Below are positions 1-9,168 of a stretch of DNA of 20,543 nucleotides, one piece after another (the first letter of the stretch is position 1; each line of letters begins with the position of its first letter). Origin of the DNA: Polyangiales bacterium (GTDB taxonomy: Bacteria > Myxococcota_A > Polyangia > Polyangiales > Houyiibacteriaceae). The stretch spans positions 1 to 20,543 of the forward strand of contig JBGCFM010000048.1 of assembly GCA_045106895.1 (NCBI GenBank), in the 5' to 3' direction. Below the pieces are notes generated by a model. That model searched no databases and was not told the DNA's origin. It was given only the letters and a program-made list of their open reading frames with translations. A program made the translations under genes and the position numbers.

Positions 1-1824
1 GGCGGCGAACCCAAAGTTCTGGTGCACGAAGAAGGCGATCGTTTGACGCCTTCCGTCGTCGCTTGGGACGAGCAGGGCGAAGTCCTCGTTGGACAGATCG
101 CAAAGCGCCAGTCCATCACCAACCCTGAAGGCACGATCTTCAGCGCGAAGCGTTTCATCGGCATGCGCCATGACGAAGCCGAAGGTTCCTTCGGACGCGT
201 TCCCTACCAGGTGATCCGTCGCGAGAACGGCGGCATCGGCTTCAAGGTCAAGAGCAACGAGGTGACGCCGCCAGAGGTTTCGGCGCACGTGCTTCGTAAG
301 CTCAAGAAGGCCGCCGAAGACTACCTCGGCACCGCCGTGACGGAAGCCGTCATCACGGTTCCTGCTTACTTCAACGACTCCCAGCGTCAGGCAACGAAGG
401 ACGCCGGCCGCATCGCGGGCCTCGAAGTGAAGCGAATCGTCAACGAGCCGACGGCCGCCGCGCTCGCCTACGGCCTCGACAAAAAGACCGACCAGACCAT
501 CGCTGTCTACGACTTCGGTGGCGGTACCTTCGATATCTCGATCCTCGAAGTCGGCGAGAACGTCGTTGAGGTCATCAGCACGAACGGCGACACGCACCTT
601 GGCGGCGACGATGTCGACGATGCCATCATCGATTACCTCGCCGCAGAGTTCAAAAAGGACTCGGGCATCGACGTGGGCAAGGACAAGATGGTCCTTCAGC
701 GTCTCAAGGACGCTGCTGAGAAGGCGAAGATTGAGCTTTCCTCGAAGCTTGAATCCGCCGTCAACCTGCCTTTCCTTACCGCCGACGCGACGGGACCAAA
801 GCATCTCGATATTCGTCTCACGCGCGCCAAGCTTGAGTCGATGATCGACGGACTCGTCGAGCGCACACTTGAGCCTCTCAAGAAGGCTCTCGCCGACGCC
901 AACAAGACCGCGAGCGACATCGATGAGGTCGTCATGGTCGGTGGTTCGACCCGCATCCCGCTTGTGCAGGAGAAGGTCACCAAGTTCTTCGGCAAGGAGC
1001 CTCATAAGGGTGTGAACCCGGATGAGGTCGTGGCCCTCGGCGCAGCGGTTCAGGCCGGCGTTCTCGGCGGCGACGTCAAGGACATGGTCCTTCTCGATGT
1101 CACTCCTCTTAGCCTCGGTGTCGAAACCCGCGGCGGCGTCATGACCGTCATGATTCCTCGCAACACGACGATTCCAACGGAGAAGGCGGAGATCTACTCC
1201 ACCGCCGAAGACAACCAGACGAAGGTCGAGATTCACGTTCTTCAGGGCGAGCGCGCCGAGGCACGAGACAACCGAACGCTCGGTCGTTTCCACCTCGAGG
1301 GCATCGCTCCGGGTCGCAGCGGCGAGCCGAAGATCAAGGTCTCCTTCGACATCGACGCCAACGGCATCCTCTCGGTGACGGCGCGCGACGAAGCGACGGG
1401 CACGGACCAGAAGATCACCATCACGAGCTCCAGCGGACTCTCCGAGGAAGAGATCGAGAAGATGGTCACGGACGCCGAGGCGAACGCAGACGCGGACAAG
1501 GCTCGACGCGAAGCCGTTGAGAACCGCAACAAGGCCGAGAGCATGGCCAACTCCGTGGAGCGCGCCCTTGGCGAGATCAAGGATAAGCTCCCCGAAGAGA
1601 CCGTCAGCGAGCTCGAGGGCAAGATCGTCGAGCTTCGTAAGTCTGTTGAAGAGCAGAACGACGAAGAGATGATGAAGCTCATGGGCGAGCTCGAAGCAGC
1701 GATGCAGGCCGCCGCAGGTGTTGCAGCCGGCGGCGCAGGAGGCGCGGCGCCAGCAGCGGACTCGAGCGACGGATCCGACGACGATGACGAAGTCATCGAC
1801 GCAGAGTTCGAAGAGAGCAACTAG
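1..1824 (+). CDS. dnaK: Molecular chaperone DnaK (Hsp70), 5'-truncated by the window edge
   Basis: Frame is open from base 1 ([22 protein letters not shown]). Contains Hsp70 motifs [39 protein letters not shown] and VGGSTRIP, the linker [11 protein letters not shown] and a C-terminal DAEFEE. Confidence 0.97.
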   Translation, partial: GGEPKVLVHEEGDRLTPSVVAWDEQGEVLVGQIAKRQSITNPEGTIFSAKRFIGMRHDEAEGSFGRVPYQVIRRENGGIGFKVKSNEVTPPEVSAHVLRKLKKAAEDYLGTAVTEAVITVPAYFNDSQRQATKDAGRIAGLEVKRIVNEPTAAALAYGLDKKTDQTIAVYDFGGGTFDISILEVGENVVEVISTNGDTHLGGDDVDDAIIDYLAAEFKKDSGIDVGKDKMVLQRLKDAAEKAKIELSSKLESAVNLPFLTADATGPKHLDIRLTRAKLESMIDGLVERTLEPLKKALADANKTASDIDEVVMVGGSTRIPLVQEKVTKFFGKEPHKGVNPDEVVALGAAVQAGVLGGDVKDMVLLDVTPLSLGVETRGGVMTVMIPRNTTIPTEKAEIYSTAEDNQTKVEIHVLQGERAEARDNRTLGRFHLEGIAPGRSGEPKIKVSFDIDANGILSVTARDEATGTDQKITITSSSGLSEEEIEKMVTDAEANADADKARREAVENRNKAESMANSVERALGEIKDKLPEETVSELEGKIVELRKSVEEQNDEEMMKLMGELEAAMQAAAGVAAGGAGGAAPAADSSDGSDDDDEVIDAEFEESN

Positions 1825-1850
1825 CTCTCAAAGACAGCTCGTTTGAAGAG

Positions 1851-1881
1851 AAGGCGCGTCCAAATGGGCGCGCCTTTCTTT
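1851..1881 (+). terminator. Rho-independent terminator of dnaK
   Basis: Stem AAGGCGCGTCC / GGGCGCGCCTT (one G-U pair) with loop AAAT, running into TTTCTTT, 26 nt after the dnaK stop. Confidence 0.85.
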
Positions 1882-1889
1882 GTGTGTCC

Positions 1890-1918
1890 TCGACCCGTCG
1901 TTGGCCGATGGGTACGCT
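1890..1918 (+). promoter_or_regulatory. Putative sigma70-type promoter with leaderless geometry
   Basis: TCGACC-N17-TACGCT, then 6 nt to ATG 1925; no Shine-Dalgarno sequence. Confidence 0.45.
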
Positions 1919-1924
1919 CGCTCC

Positions 1925-3613
1925 ATGAACAATCGCGTCGCGCTGGGGATTCCCCTTTTCATTTGTGCGTCACTGGCGGCATGCGGTGATGATGCGGCCG
2001 CCCCGGACGCTGGCGCGGACATCGGTGTCGCTGACGCACCAATCGACGTCACGCCCGACGTTCGAATTGAAAGAGACGCCGCGCTGGACGCTCCCGATGA
2101 CGCGGGTGCCGACGTGCCGGATGCAGTAGCGAACGTCTACTTTGTCGACCCCGGCGGCGACGACACGAGCGAAGGAAACGAGACCAGTCCCCTGCGCACC
2201 GTCGCGGAGGCGGTGCGCCGGGTCGCTGCCCGCTCGCATGTGCTCACGCCGACGATTCGCCTCGCGCGAGGCAGCTATGCTCACATGGGGCAGCTCACGT
2301 TGAGCGACCCCGTGATCCTCGAAGGAGTCAGCCGCGATGAGAGCACCCTTCAGCTTGAGCTCACACGTGAGGATGCCGGAGTCCGTGTTCTCGCTCCAAA
2401 CGTGACGATTCGCGACCTCGAAATCTCCGTTTATCTGGCGGAGAGTCTCAGCGACGGAATCCACGAAGGTGGCCGTGGCGAATACGGCACGGGCATCACC
2501 CTCGGGGAGTACCTCGCGGTGGAACAACAGGTCGCTGTGGACGGCATCGTCCTTGAACGCCTCCGAATCTCGCGTCCGAGCATGGCTCCGGCGATCAACT
2601 ACACGGCGGCAGCTCTCACCATGGTCGGTCGGGTGCAGAATGTATCCGTGGAGGACATCGACTTGCTGGGCAATCACTCCACAGCGTTGATCCTTCACTG
2701 GGGAGCGCACAGCACTGTCGCGCCAGCGCCCGGGGCCCTGGCGGACCCCGCCTACGACGTCATCGAGAGCTACCACCCGCACTCCATCGTTGTGCGGCAG
2801 GTGCGCGTGGAACGTTCCGCGCGTTTCCTCATCATCTCGTCGTCGTACGACGTTGAGATATCGGGTGTTGAGGGAGCGACGCGGGAGATCCTCTTCATGC
2901 TTCCAGGAGATGAGGGTGACAACTTTGCCGTGGAAGGAGATCGGGGGCGCGCGAACAGCGACATCACGGTGACGAACATTCGGGCGAGCCTGAGTGTTGG
3001 TCCGAACACGCACGCGATACGCCTCTCCTCCGTGGGCACCTCGAAGGTGCCGGCGACGTTGGGGGACAAAGTCCGCTACTCGATGAGGAATATCGAGCTC
3101 AGCGACATCACCGTCACCGAAGTCACGCGCCGCGCGGGGGAGAGCTTTCGTTACGGCATCAACGCGGGCGGCATGACCGGAGAGAACATCGTCCTTCGCA
3201 ACATCGACTTGAGTGACCTCGCTTCCCTCGACTACGAGGACCCCGATCGCGGTGTCCTCCCATCCTACGGTCTCTATATGCGCGAAACGACGGGGCTTCG
3301 TGTGTCGCAGCTTCAGTCCAGAGGCCGCTATGGTATCGGCATCGTCGACGCACGCGACATCCTCGTGGAGGACAGCGACTTCTCCTATCGAGCGAGTGAT
3401 TCGACGCGCGCGTCCTACGGCATCTTCATTCGCGATGGGAGTGAGCCTGAGCTCAGCAACGACGCCATCGAGCTGCGCGGGCTCCGTGTTTCGGACTATG
3501 AAAGCGGCATTCGCTATGCGGGCACAGATCGTTGCGCTGAGCTGACGCTGGAGGAACTCACGTTCACGGGGACGGACGCGATGTCTGTCGAAGTGAACGG
3601 CGCGTGTTTGTAG
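1925..3613 (+). CDS. Lipoprotein with DUF1565-like start and right-handed parallel beta-helix (pectin-lyase-like fold)
   Basis: Lipobox LAAC, then an Asp/Ala/Pro linker and the motif YFVDPGGDDTSEGNETSPLRTVAEA. Repeated beta-helix rungs (NVTIRDLEI, NVSVEDIDL, DITVTNIRA, NIELSDITV, NIVLRNIDL, DILVEDSDF). Start moved from 1880, which lies inside the terminator, to ATG 1925. Confidence 0.8.
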   Translation: MNNRVALGIPLFICASLAACGDDAAAPDAGADIGVADAPIDVTPDVRIERDAALDAPDDAGADVPDAVANVYFVDPGGDDTSEGNETSPLRTVAEAVRRVAARSHVLTPTIRLARGSYAHMGQLTLSDPVILEGVSRDESTLQLELTREDAGVRVLAPNVTIRDLEISVYLAESLSDGIHEGGRGEYGTGITLGEYLAVEQQVAVDGIVLERLRISRPSMAPAINYTAAALTMVGRVQNVSVEDIDLLGNHSTALILHWGAHSTVAPAPGALADPAYDVIESYHPHSIVVRQVRVERSARFLIISSSYDVEISGVEGATREILFMLPGDEGDNFAVEGDRGRANSDITVTNIRASLSVGPNTHAIRLSSVGTSKVPATLGDKVRYSMRNIELSDITVTEVTRRAGESFRYGINAGGMTGENIVLRNIDLSDLASLDYEDPDRGVLPSYGLYMRETTGLRVSQLQSRGRYGIGIVDARDILVEDSDFSYRASDSTRASYGIFIRDGSEPELSNDAIELRGLRVSDYESGIRYAGTDRCAELTLEELTFTGTDAMSVEVNGACL

Positions 3614-3655
3614 AACTCGGAGCGCACCACAGCTTTGTGAGCTGCGAACTCAACC

Positions 3656-4621
3656 GTGCATCGCTCGGTATTGTGCCTTAGGGTGCCGCGCGTGCTTGGA
3701 CGGCTCGGGATCAGCGCGGTTTGTTGTGCGTTGGCTGCATGTGGGGCAGCACGCCCAGCCTTCGATGATGCGCCCCGAGTGACGACTTCGGTCCGTGTCA
3801 CAGACTCTCAGAGCTGCCGCGTCGAAGAAGTTCTGCGTGACTCGCTCTCCGTCGGACTCGGGTCCGTCTCGTTTTCTCCGCGCGCGTCGTCGATGCTTCG
3901 CGTTGACGTGCACCTGGCGGAGTCGGCGCTCGGATGGCGAGGACGCATCGAAGTCACCGGCAGGGATCGCGAGAGCCTCGGCCAACGAACGCTCGATCTG
4001 GCCGCCGGCTCATGCGACGACGCACGCGCTTCGCTGAGCTTCGTCATGGCCATGTTGGTGGAGACGCCCGCAGTTACGGAAGCCGTGGAAGAAGCTCAGG
4101 AAGAGCCGGAGGTGAGCGAGCGGACGACTCAAGTGGGAGTCCTCGGGGGAGTCTCCTTCGGGCGCACGCCCGCCATCGCCGGGTTCGCGGGATTGTCCGT
4201 GGCTCTCTCCTGGCGTCACTTTGACCTGCGATTCGAGGCCCGGACGATGCTCCCCGGAGAAGAGGGCACGCCTCGTTTTCGAGCCTGGGGCGCCGAGCTG
4301 GCAGCCCTTGCGTGCCCAACTCTCAGACTTGGGGAGGTAGGAGCATTGGGCGTGTGTGGTGGCGTGCGAGGCGGTTTTCTCCGGAGCGAGGGCATTGATT
4401 TTGCGCCGAACGTCGCCGCCACCGGCGGGCTCCTGGATGCCACGCTTTCGCTTCGCCCCGCCGTTCGTTTTGGCCGGGTGCTTCTGGGCCTTGATGTGGT
4501 GGGCGGCGTCTCCGTCGTGCGCCCGGAGTTTGCTTTTCGCCAGGGCTCGGACGTGATGCGCATCTATGAGCCCTCGCTGTTTTGGAGCGAGCTCGGCTTG
4601 AGTGCCGCGTTTTTGTTCTGA
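3656..4621 (+). CDS. Hypothetical lipoprotein with a probable C-terminal outer-membrane beta-barrel
   Basis: Lipobox ALAAC. The N-terminal domain is followed by an acidic linker and then Gly-rich amphipathic strands ending in a terminal Phe (ELGLSAAFLF). Alternative start GTG 3692. Confidence 0.7.
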   Translation: MHRSVLCLRVPRVLGRLGISAVCCALAACGAARPAFDDAPRVTTSVRVTDSQSCRVEEVLRDSLSVGLGSVSFSPRASSMLRVDVHLAESALGWRGRIEVTGRDRESLGQRTLDLAAGSCDDARASLSFVMAMLVETPAVTEAVEEAQEEPEVSERTTQVGVLGGVSFGRTPAIAGFAGLSVALSWRHFDLRFEARTMLPGEEGTPRFRAWGAELAALACPTLRLGEVGALGVCGGVRGGFLRSEGIDFAPNVAATGGLLDATLSLRPAVRFGRVLLGLDVVGGVSVVRPEFAFRQGSDVMRIYEPSLFWSELGLSAAFLF

Positions 4622-4653
4622 ACCAGCTTTTTCTCGTCGTTTTTTCGCCGATT

Positions 4654-4682
4654 TCATAATCACGCAGCCTTGAAGACACTCA
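4654..4682 (+). promoter_or_regulatory. Putative promoter of the ECF sigma operon (motif copy 1)
   Basis: TCATAATCACGC-N11-CACTCA, with in-frame GTG 4688 7 nt after CACT. The same motif and spacing occur at 7479-7507. Confidence 0.6.
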
Positions 4683-4687
4683 TCCAC

Positions 4688-5212
4688 GTGGGAGCGATTC
4701 AGAAAGCAACGGAGAGTCAGGCGCGAATGCGCGAGATCTTCGACGCGCACGCCGACGATGTCTGGCGGACGGCCCGCTTCCTCGGCGTACGTGAGTCAGA
4801 CTTGGCGGACGTGAGCCAGGAGGTCTTCTTGACCGTTCACCGGCGACTCTCATCCTTTGAAGGCCGCTCGACGCTTCGCACATGGATTCATGGAATCGTT
4901 GTTCGTGTCGTGTCCGCCTACCGGCGACGTGCGCATAGGCGGCACGAAGTCGTGGGAGCAGAGCTACCCGACGAGGTCGTTGATGCGGAGCAAGAGCATC
5001 GGCTCATCGAACGCGAGCGCGTGGGCCGACTCGAGGTGGCCATCGCGGGTCTCGACGAAAAACAGCGCCCGGTGTTTGTATTGTATGAGCTGCAGGAGTT
5101 AGCGATGAAAGAAGTGGCTTCGACACTCGAGATTCCACTTCAGACGGCGTACTCGCGTCTCAAGGCGGCTCATCGTTCGGTTCGTGGTGCATTTGAAAAG
5201 GCGGACGTCTGA
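4688..5212 (+). CDS. ECF-family RNA polymerase sigma-70 factor
   Basis: Region 2 (DLADVSQEVFL...FEGRSTLRTWIHGI) and region 4 (LDEKQRPVFVLYELQELAMKEVASTLEIPLQTAYSRL); about 175 aa. Start uncertain (4670 TTG, 4688 GTG or 4727 ATG). Confidence 0.93.
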   Translation: MGAIQKATESQARMREIFDAHADDVWRTARFLGVRESDLADVSQEVFLTVHRRLSSFEGRSTLRTWIHGIVVRVVSAYRRRAHRRHEVVGAELPDEVVDAEQEHRLIERERVGRLEVAIAGLDEKQRPVFVLYELQELAMKEVASTLEIPLQTAYSRLKAAHRSVRGAFEKADV

Positions 5213-6087
5213 TGGCTGATGAACCAAGACTTCGGGCAGAAGACTCCGACCTCGGTGAAGCACTTCGCGACGCCAAAAACGTAGGCCCGAGCGACACGGA
5301 TCGCGCGGCGATGGTCGCCGGCTTGGCGGGGATCTTTGGGCCTCCTCCGACGGGTGGACTTCCATCTTCCGGGTCCGAAGCCGCAACAGGCGCGTCGGGA
5401 GCCAGCGGGTCCGTCGCTGCCTCTGCCTTGGTAAAATGGGCCGCCGCGGCATGCCTCGTCGGTGGCGTGGTGTGGTGGGGAGCGCCCGACGTATTGGCGC
5501 CGGATGTTGTAGCCGACGTAGCCGTTCCGGCTGAGGTCGAAGTGGCGCCCGAAGCGGCTCCGGAAGCGGCCGAAGCTACGCCAACGAACCCAAGGATCGA
5601 CGTCCTGCCGGTGACAGCAGCGCTCGCGCTCCCTCCGCATACCGAGTTCCTGGGTCCTCCGCCCGCTCTCCCCGTCGAGGAAGCGACGGCGCCAGCGCCC
5701 CAGAGCACGCGGTCTCCGTTGCGCCAGCGAGCCCCGCGGGCTGCTGCTGCTGCGATGCCGAGCGTGCAGCCCACGGGAGCGTCCGCGTCGAGCGAGGAGC
5801 CTCAGCCTGCCATCGAGCCCGCGCCGGAGCGCCCGTCGGAGCTCGCGCTGCTCGCCCAGGCCCGCCGCGTCCTACGCTCCTCCCCGGCTCAAACATTGCG
5901 CCTTACGACGGAGCACCAAGAGCACTTCGGTGCTGGCGCCTTGGTCGAGGAACGCGAAGTTCTCGCCATCGAAGCGTTGGTGCGTCTGGGTCGGCACTCC
6001 CAGGCGACGTCCAGGTCAGAGCGTTTTGCTCGTCGCTACCCGCGTTCGATTCATGCCGGGCGCATCGCCGCCGTTCTCGCTCCTTGA
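5212..6087 (+). CDS. Putative single-pass membrane anti-sigma factor with Pro/Ala linker and C-terminal TPR-like helical domain
   Basis: TGATG coupling to the sigma gene. Short N-terminal domain, TM segment WAAAACLVGGVVWW, long Pro/Ala linker, and C-terminal ELALLAQARRVL...EEREVLAIEALVRLG...FARRYPRS of the kind seen in myxobacterial ECF partners. Confidence 0.75.
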   Translation: MADEPRLRAEDSDLGEALRDAKNVGPSDTDRAAMVAGLAGIFGPPPTGGLPSSGSEAATGASGASGSVAASALVKWAAAACLVGGVVWWGAPDVLAPDVVADVAVPAEVEVAPEAAPEAAEATPTNPRIDVLPVTAALALPPHTEFLGPPPALPVEEATAPAPQSTRSPLRQRAPRAAAAAMPSVQPTGASASSEEPQPAIEPAPERPSELALLAQARRVLRSSPAQTLRLTTEHQEHFGAGALVEEREVLAIEALVRLGRHSQATSRSERFARRYPRSIHAGRIAAVLAP

Positions 6088-6118
6088 GGTTCTCGTGGAT
6101 CTGCGCAACTTCGTCTCC

Positions 6119-7441
6119 GTGAGCCGTTTGCTCATCATCTCGTTGGCACTGCTCGTCGGCGCGTGCGGGTACATCCTGGAAGTCGGCGTCTGGCCTGATG
6201 ACTCGGCGCGAGTTTTTGGGGGCACCGGGAGTCTTAGCGTCACCGGCAGCGCCATCGACGCCGATGGAAACCACTATATCGTTGGAAGAGTCAGCGGCGT
6301 TGTCGACTTTGAATCCTTCGAGTTACGAGGGGAGTCGGACGAAACGGCCTTCCTCGTGAGTTTTACGTCCGCGGGAGAGCCGCGATGGAGTCAGTCCTGG
6401 TCAGGACCTTTTTCTTTCGCGCTCTCCGTGGAGGCGATGAACGAATCTGTGCGCGTCACGGGTTACGTAAGGGGGCCCATTGTAGGTCCTCTTCCACTCA
6501 CCACCGGCAGCCGCCAAGAGCTCTTCGTCTTCGAGTTTGATCAACAGAGCGGCGCGCCTTTGCCGCCGGCGCAGACCTACGCCAGCGGCGCGGGGAACGT
6601 GCAAGGGAAAGCGGTCTTGCGCGAGGGATCCTTTTCAGCACTTTGCGGACACTACATCGGCGCCGTCGACTTTGGTCTGGGGCCACTACCCGCTTCTCCG
6701 CCCACTCAAGACAACGGCTTCGTGGCTGTGTTTGACGCGCGTGGTGACGCGGTCTGGTCTGAGGCCGTCGTGGGGGCGAGTGTTCTTCTGGGCGACGCGT
6801 TTCTTCGCACGGACGGCAGTGTCGTGGCCACCGGTGTGTACACTGGCGGCACCATCGGCGGCAGAGTTGCAGCGGGGCAGGATGCCATCGTTACAGCCTT
6901 CGCTCCGGACGGTCGCGTGGAATACTCGCTTGGCTTCGGCTCACCCGGTGGCGATAGCGCGAGCGCCATCGCGGCTTTCGAAGACGGCGCTGTCATCGTG
7001 GGGACCACGAGTGGCGACGTCAGCATCGCCGGAGAGACGGTGCTTGGCCAAGGAGCAAGAGATGCCTTCGTTGCACGCCTCGACGCGGCGGGTGGGGTCG
7101 TCTGGGCTCGTACCTTTGGAGGAGCCGGGACGGAGATCCTCAGACGAGTTCATGTGGAGAATGGGCGTATCTACGCCGGCGGAGAGTTCGACGGAGAGTT
7201 CGGTTTTGCTGAACGCACGCTAAGCGCCGCGGGCGGCCGCGACGTGATGGTCTTGGTTCTCGACGCGGACGGCAACGAGAGCGAAGGCGTACGGCTCGGC
7301 GGCGCCGGAGACGAATCCCTCGGAGGCTTCGAGGTCCAGGGGGGCCGCGTTTGGATGGCTATCACCTTGGATGGTGAGACTGTCTTGGATGACGCAGGAC
7401 CGCAGACCGGCGCATTGGGTCTACGCAGCGTGCAGTTCTAG
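6119..7441 (+). CDS. Lipoprotein with SBBP-like beta-propeller repeats
   Basis: GTG 6119 gives MSRLLIISLALLVGAC (lipobox). Repeats AIDADGNHYIVG, AFLVSFTSAGEPRW, GFVAVFDARGDAVW and DAFVARLDAAGGVVWARTFGG. Alternative start GTG 6095. Confidence 0.8.
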   Translation: MSRLLIISLALLVGACGYILEVGVWPDDSARVFGGTGSLSVTGSAIDADGNHYIVGRVSGVVDFESFELRGESDETAFLVSFTSAGEPRWSQSWSGPFSFALSVEAMNESVRVTGYVRGPIVGPLPLTTGSRQELFVFEFDQQSGAPLPPAQTYASGAGNVQGKAVLREGSFSALCGHYIGAVDFGLGPLPASPPTQDNGFVAVFDARGDAVWSEAVVGASVLLGDAFLRTDGSVVATGVYTGGTIGGRVAAGQDAIVTAFAPDGRVEYSLGFGSPGGDSASAIAAFEDGAVIVGTTSGDVSIAGETVLGQGARDAFVARLDAAGGVVWARTFGGAGTEILRRVHVENGRIYAGGEFDGEFGFAERTLSAAGGRDVMVLVLDADGNESEGVRLGGAGDESLGGFEVQGGRVWMAITLDGETVLDDAGPQTGALGLRSVQF

Positions 7442-7478
7442 GGTTCGTCAGCCGACGACGAGAAAAGCGCAGCTGCGA

Positions 7479-7507
7479 TCATAATAACGCGTCGGTCCAT
7501 GCACTAA
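7479..7507 (+). promoter_or_regulatory. Putative promoter of the DUF1592/DUF1552 operon (motif copy 2)
   Basis: TCATAATAACGC-N11-CACTAA, with ATG 7513 7 nt after CACT; matches 4654-4682. Confidence 0.6.
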
Positions 7508-7512
7508 GGGGC

Positions 7513-9168
7513 ATGAGCAAACGAGCGTACAGCACTCTCATCCTTCTACTGGCGGGTTGCCAGGGGACCATCGGCGATGCGCCGAGCGCTGAGCCCGGAG
7601 CCACACCGCCCGTCGATCTCTCGGAGGAGTGCGACCCTTCTGTAGCGCCGGATGCAGAGCTCTTGCGCATCGATCGCCGCGCCTACGACTTAGCGCTCCG
7701 TTCGCTCTTTGGTGATGAGAGCGTTGACGCCGTGGGTTCTGCCGTTACCGGGGTTCCGAACACCCAATCGGGTCAATACCGGTCGGAGGTCGAAGTTCCT
7801 TCCTTCGACGTCGTTCAGTCCTACGTCGACGTGGCGAGCTCCATGGCGTTCTATCTCACGGACGACCCATCTCGTCTGCGTGTGCTCAGCGAGTGTCTCA
7901 GCGAGTTGAGCGAGCCCCTGAACGAGACCGACGAGGCGTGTTTGTTTGGCTTCATCGACGACTTCGGCCTCCGTTTGACGCGTCGCCCTCTCTCTGCCGA
8001 AGACCACGCGCGCTTCGTCGAGGCGTACGAGATTGGCTCCGGCGAGAACGCTTCCACGGGTGTCGCGACGCTCCTCATGTCGATGCTCCTCGACCCGCGT
8101 TTCCTCTACCACTTCGAGGTGGATGGCGAAGAGCGGGAGCCCGGCGTGATCACATTGACCTCCTACGAGGTCGCTGCGCGGCTGGCGCGCGTGCTCTGGA
8201 AGTCTATCCCCGACGACTCGCTCCTCGCCGCCGCGGAAGAAGGCTTCGAAGGGCCCGAGGGGGAAGCCCGGCTGCGCGAGCAGATCGAGCGAATGTGGTC
8301 GACGCCCGAGGCCCGAGAGGGTTTTCGCGGCTTCATCAGCGAGTGGATCGCTCTGCGTCACGAAGGGCCAGCGACGGACGCGCTCCTCGAGTTCGCGACG
8401 AACATGGTCTACGAGCGAGATGGCACGTTGGCGGAGCTATTCCTCGACCGGACCGCGTTCATCGAAGACGCCGAGCTTGCGGAGGTTTATGGACTTCCTG
8501 CGGATACGCGCGGCGAAGTCCAGCTCGGCGAAGAGCACCGCGCGGGCCTGCTGACGCGTGCGGGTTGGCTCGAGACCTCTGCCATCGAGGACACAAACGC
8601 GGGCCATATTATCCACCGCGGCAAGGCCCTCAGCGACCTACTCTGTGTACCGATACCGCTACCGGACGACGACGTCTTTCCCGACGATGACCCGGCAGAC
8701 CCAACAGAAGGGCTTCGCACGATTCGTCAGCGCTTCACCGACGTCACCTCCGAGCAACCATGTTCAAGCTGCCACGTTCGTCTCGACGCGCTTGGTGCTC
8801 CCTTCGGTCACTTCGATTTCGACGGTGCGTACATCGACGACGAGCGAATCACCGTGGACGAGGAGGAGCACATCCTGAGCATCGACTCATCCTCCAGCGT
8901 CAACGTGGGCGAGGGGACCCTCGTCGACGTCGAGAGCGCCATCGACATCAGCGTGGCGGCGGCACAGAGCGAGGGCGTCGCGGCCTGTCTCGGCGCAGAG
9001 CTCACCGAGAACATGATGGGCAGAGAGGTCGCACCGTCCGACGCCTGCCTCATTCAAGCCGCGCAGGACTTGCTTTCGCCGAGCCGTTCCGTGTCGGTGC
9101 GTGAAGCGCTCTTTGCCATCGTGACCTCGCCCTCGTTTAGCGTTCGCTCGATTCCGGAGGCCCAGTAA
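7513..9168 (+). CDS. DUF1592/DUF1588/DUF1595-family (PSD/PSCyt) lipoprotein with one CxxCH heme-c motif
   Basis: Lipobox LAGC. Motifs RLTRRPLS, LLDPRFLY, LTSYEVAARLARVLWKSIPDDSLL, RAGLLT, HRG and CSSCHVRLDALGAPFGHFDFDG. Confidence 0.88.
   Translation: MSKRAYSTLILLLAGCQGTIGDAPSAEPGATPPVDLSEECDPSVAPDAELLRIDRRAYDLALRSLFGDESVDAVGSAVTGVPNTQSGQYRSEVEVPSFDVVQSYVDVASSMAFYLTDDPSRLRVLSECLSELSEPLNETDEACLFGFIDDFGLRLTRRPLSAEDHARFVEAYEIGSGENASTGVATLLMSMLLDPRFLYHFEVDGEEREPGVITLTSYEVAARLARVLWKSIPDDSLLAAAEEGFEGPEGEARLREQIERMWSTPEAREGFRGFISEWIALRHEGPATDALLEFATNMVYERDGTLAELFLDRTAFIEDAELAEVYGLPADTRGEVQLGEEHRAGLLTRAGWLETSAIEDTNAGHIIHRGKALSDLLCVPIPLPDDDVFPDDDPADPTEGLRTIRQRFTDVTSEQPCSSCHVRLDALGAPFGHFDFDGAYIDDERITVDEEEHILSIDSSSSVNVGEGTLVDVESAIDISVAAAQSEGVAACLGAELTENMMGREVAPSDACLIQAAQDLLSPSRSVSVREALFAIVTSPSFSVRSIPEAQ

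Noticed and set aside
5930..6094. Long overlap of the 503-aa ORF with the anti-sigma gene
   Set aside because: The lipoprotein signal begins at 6095/6119; the upstream open frame is incidental.
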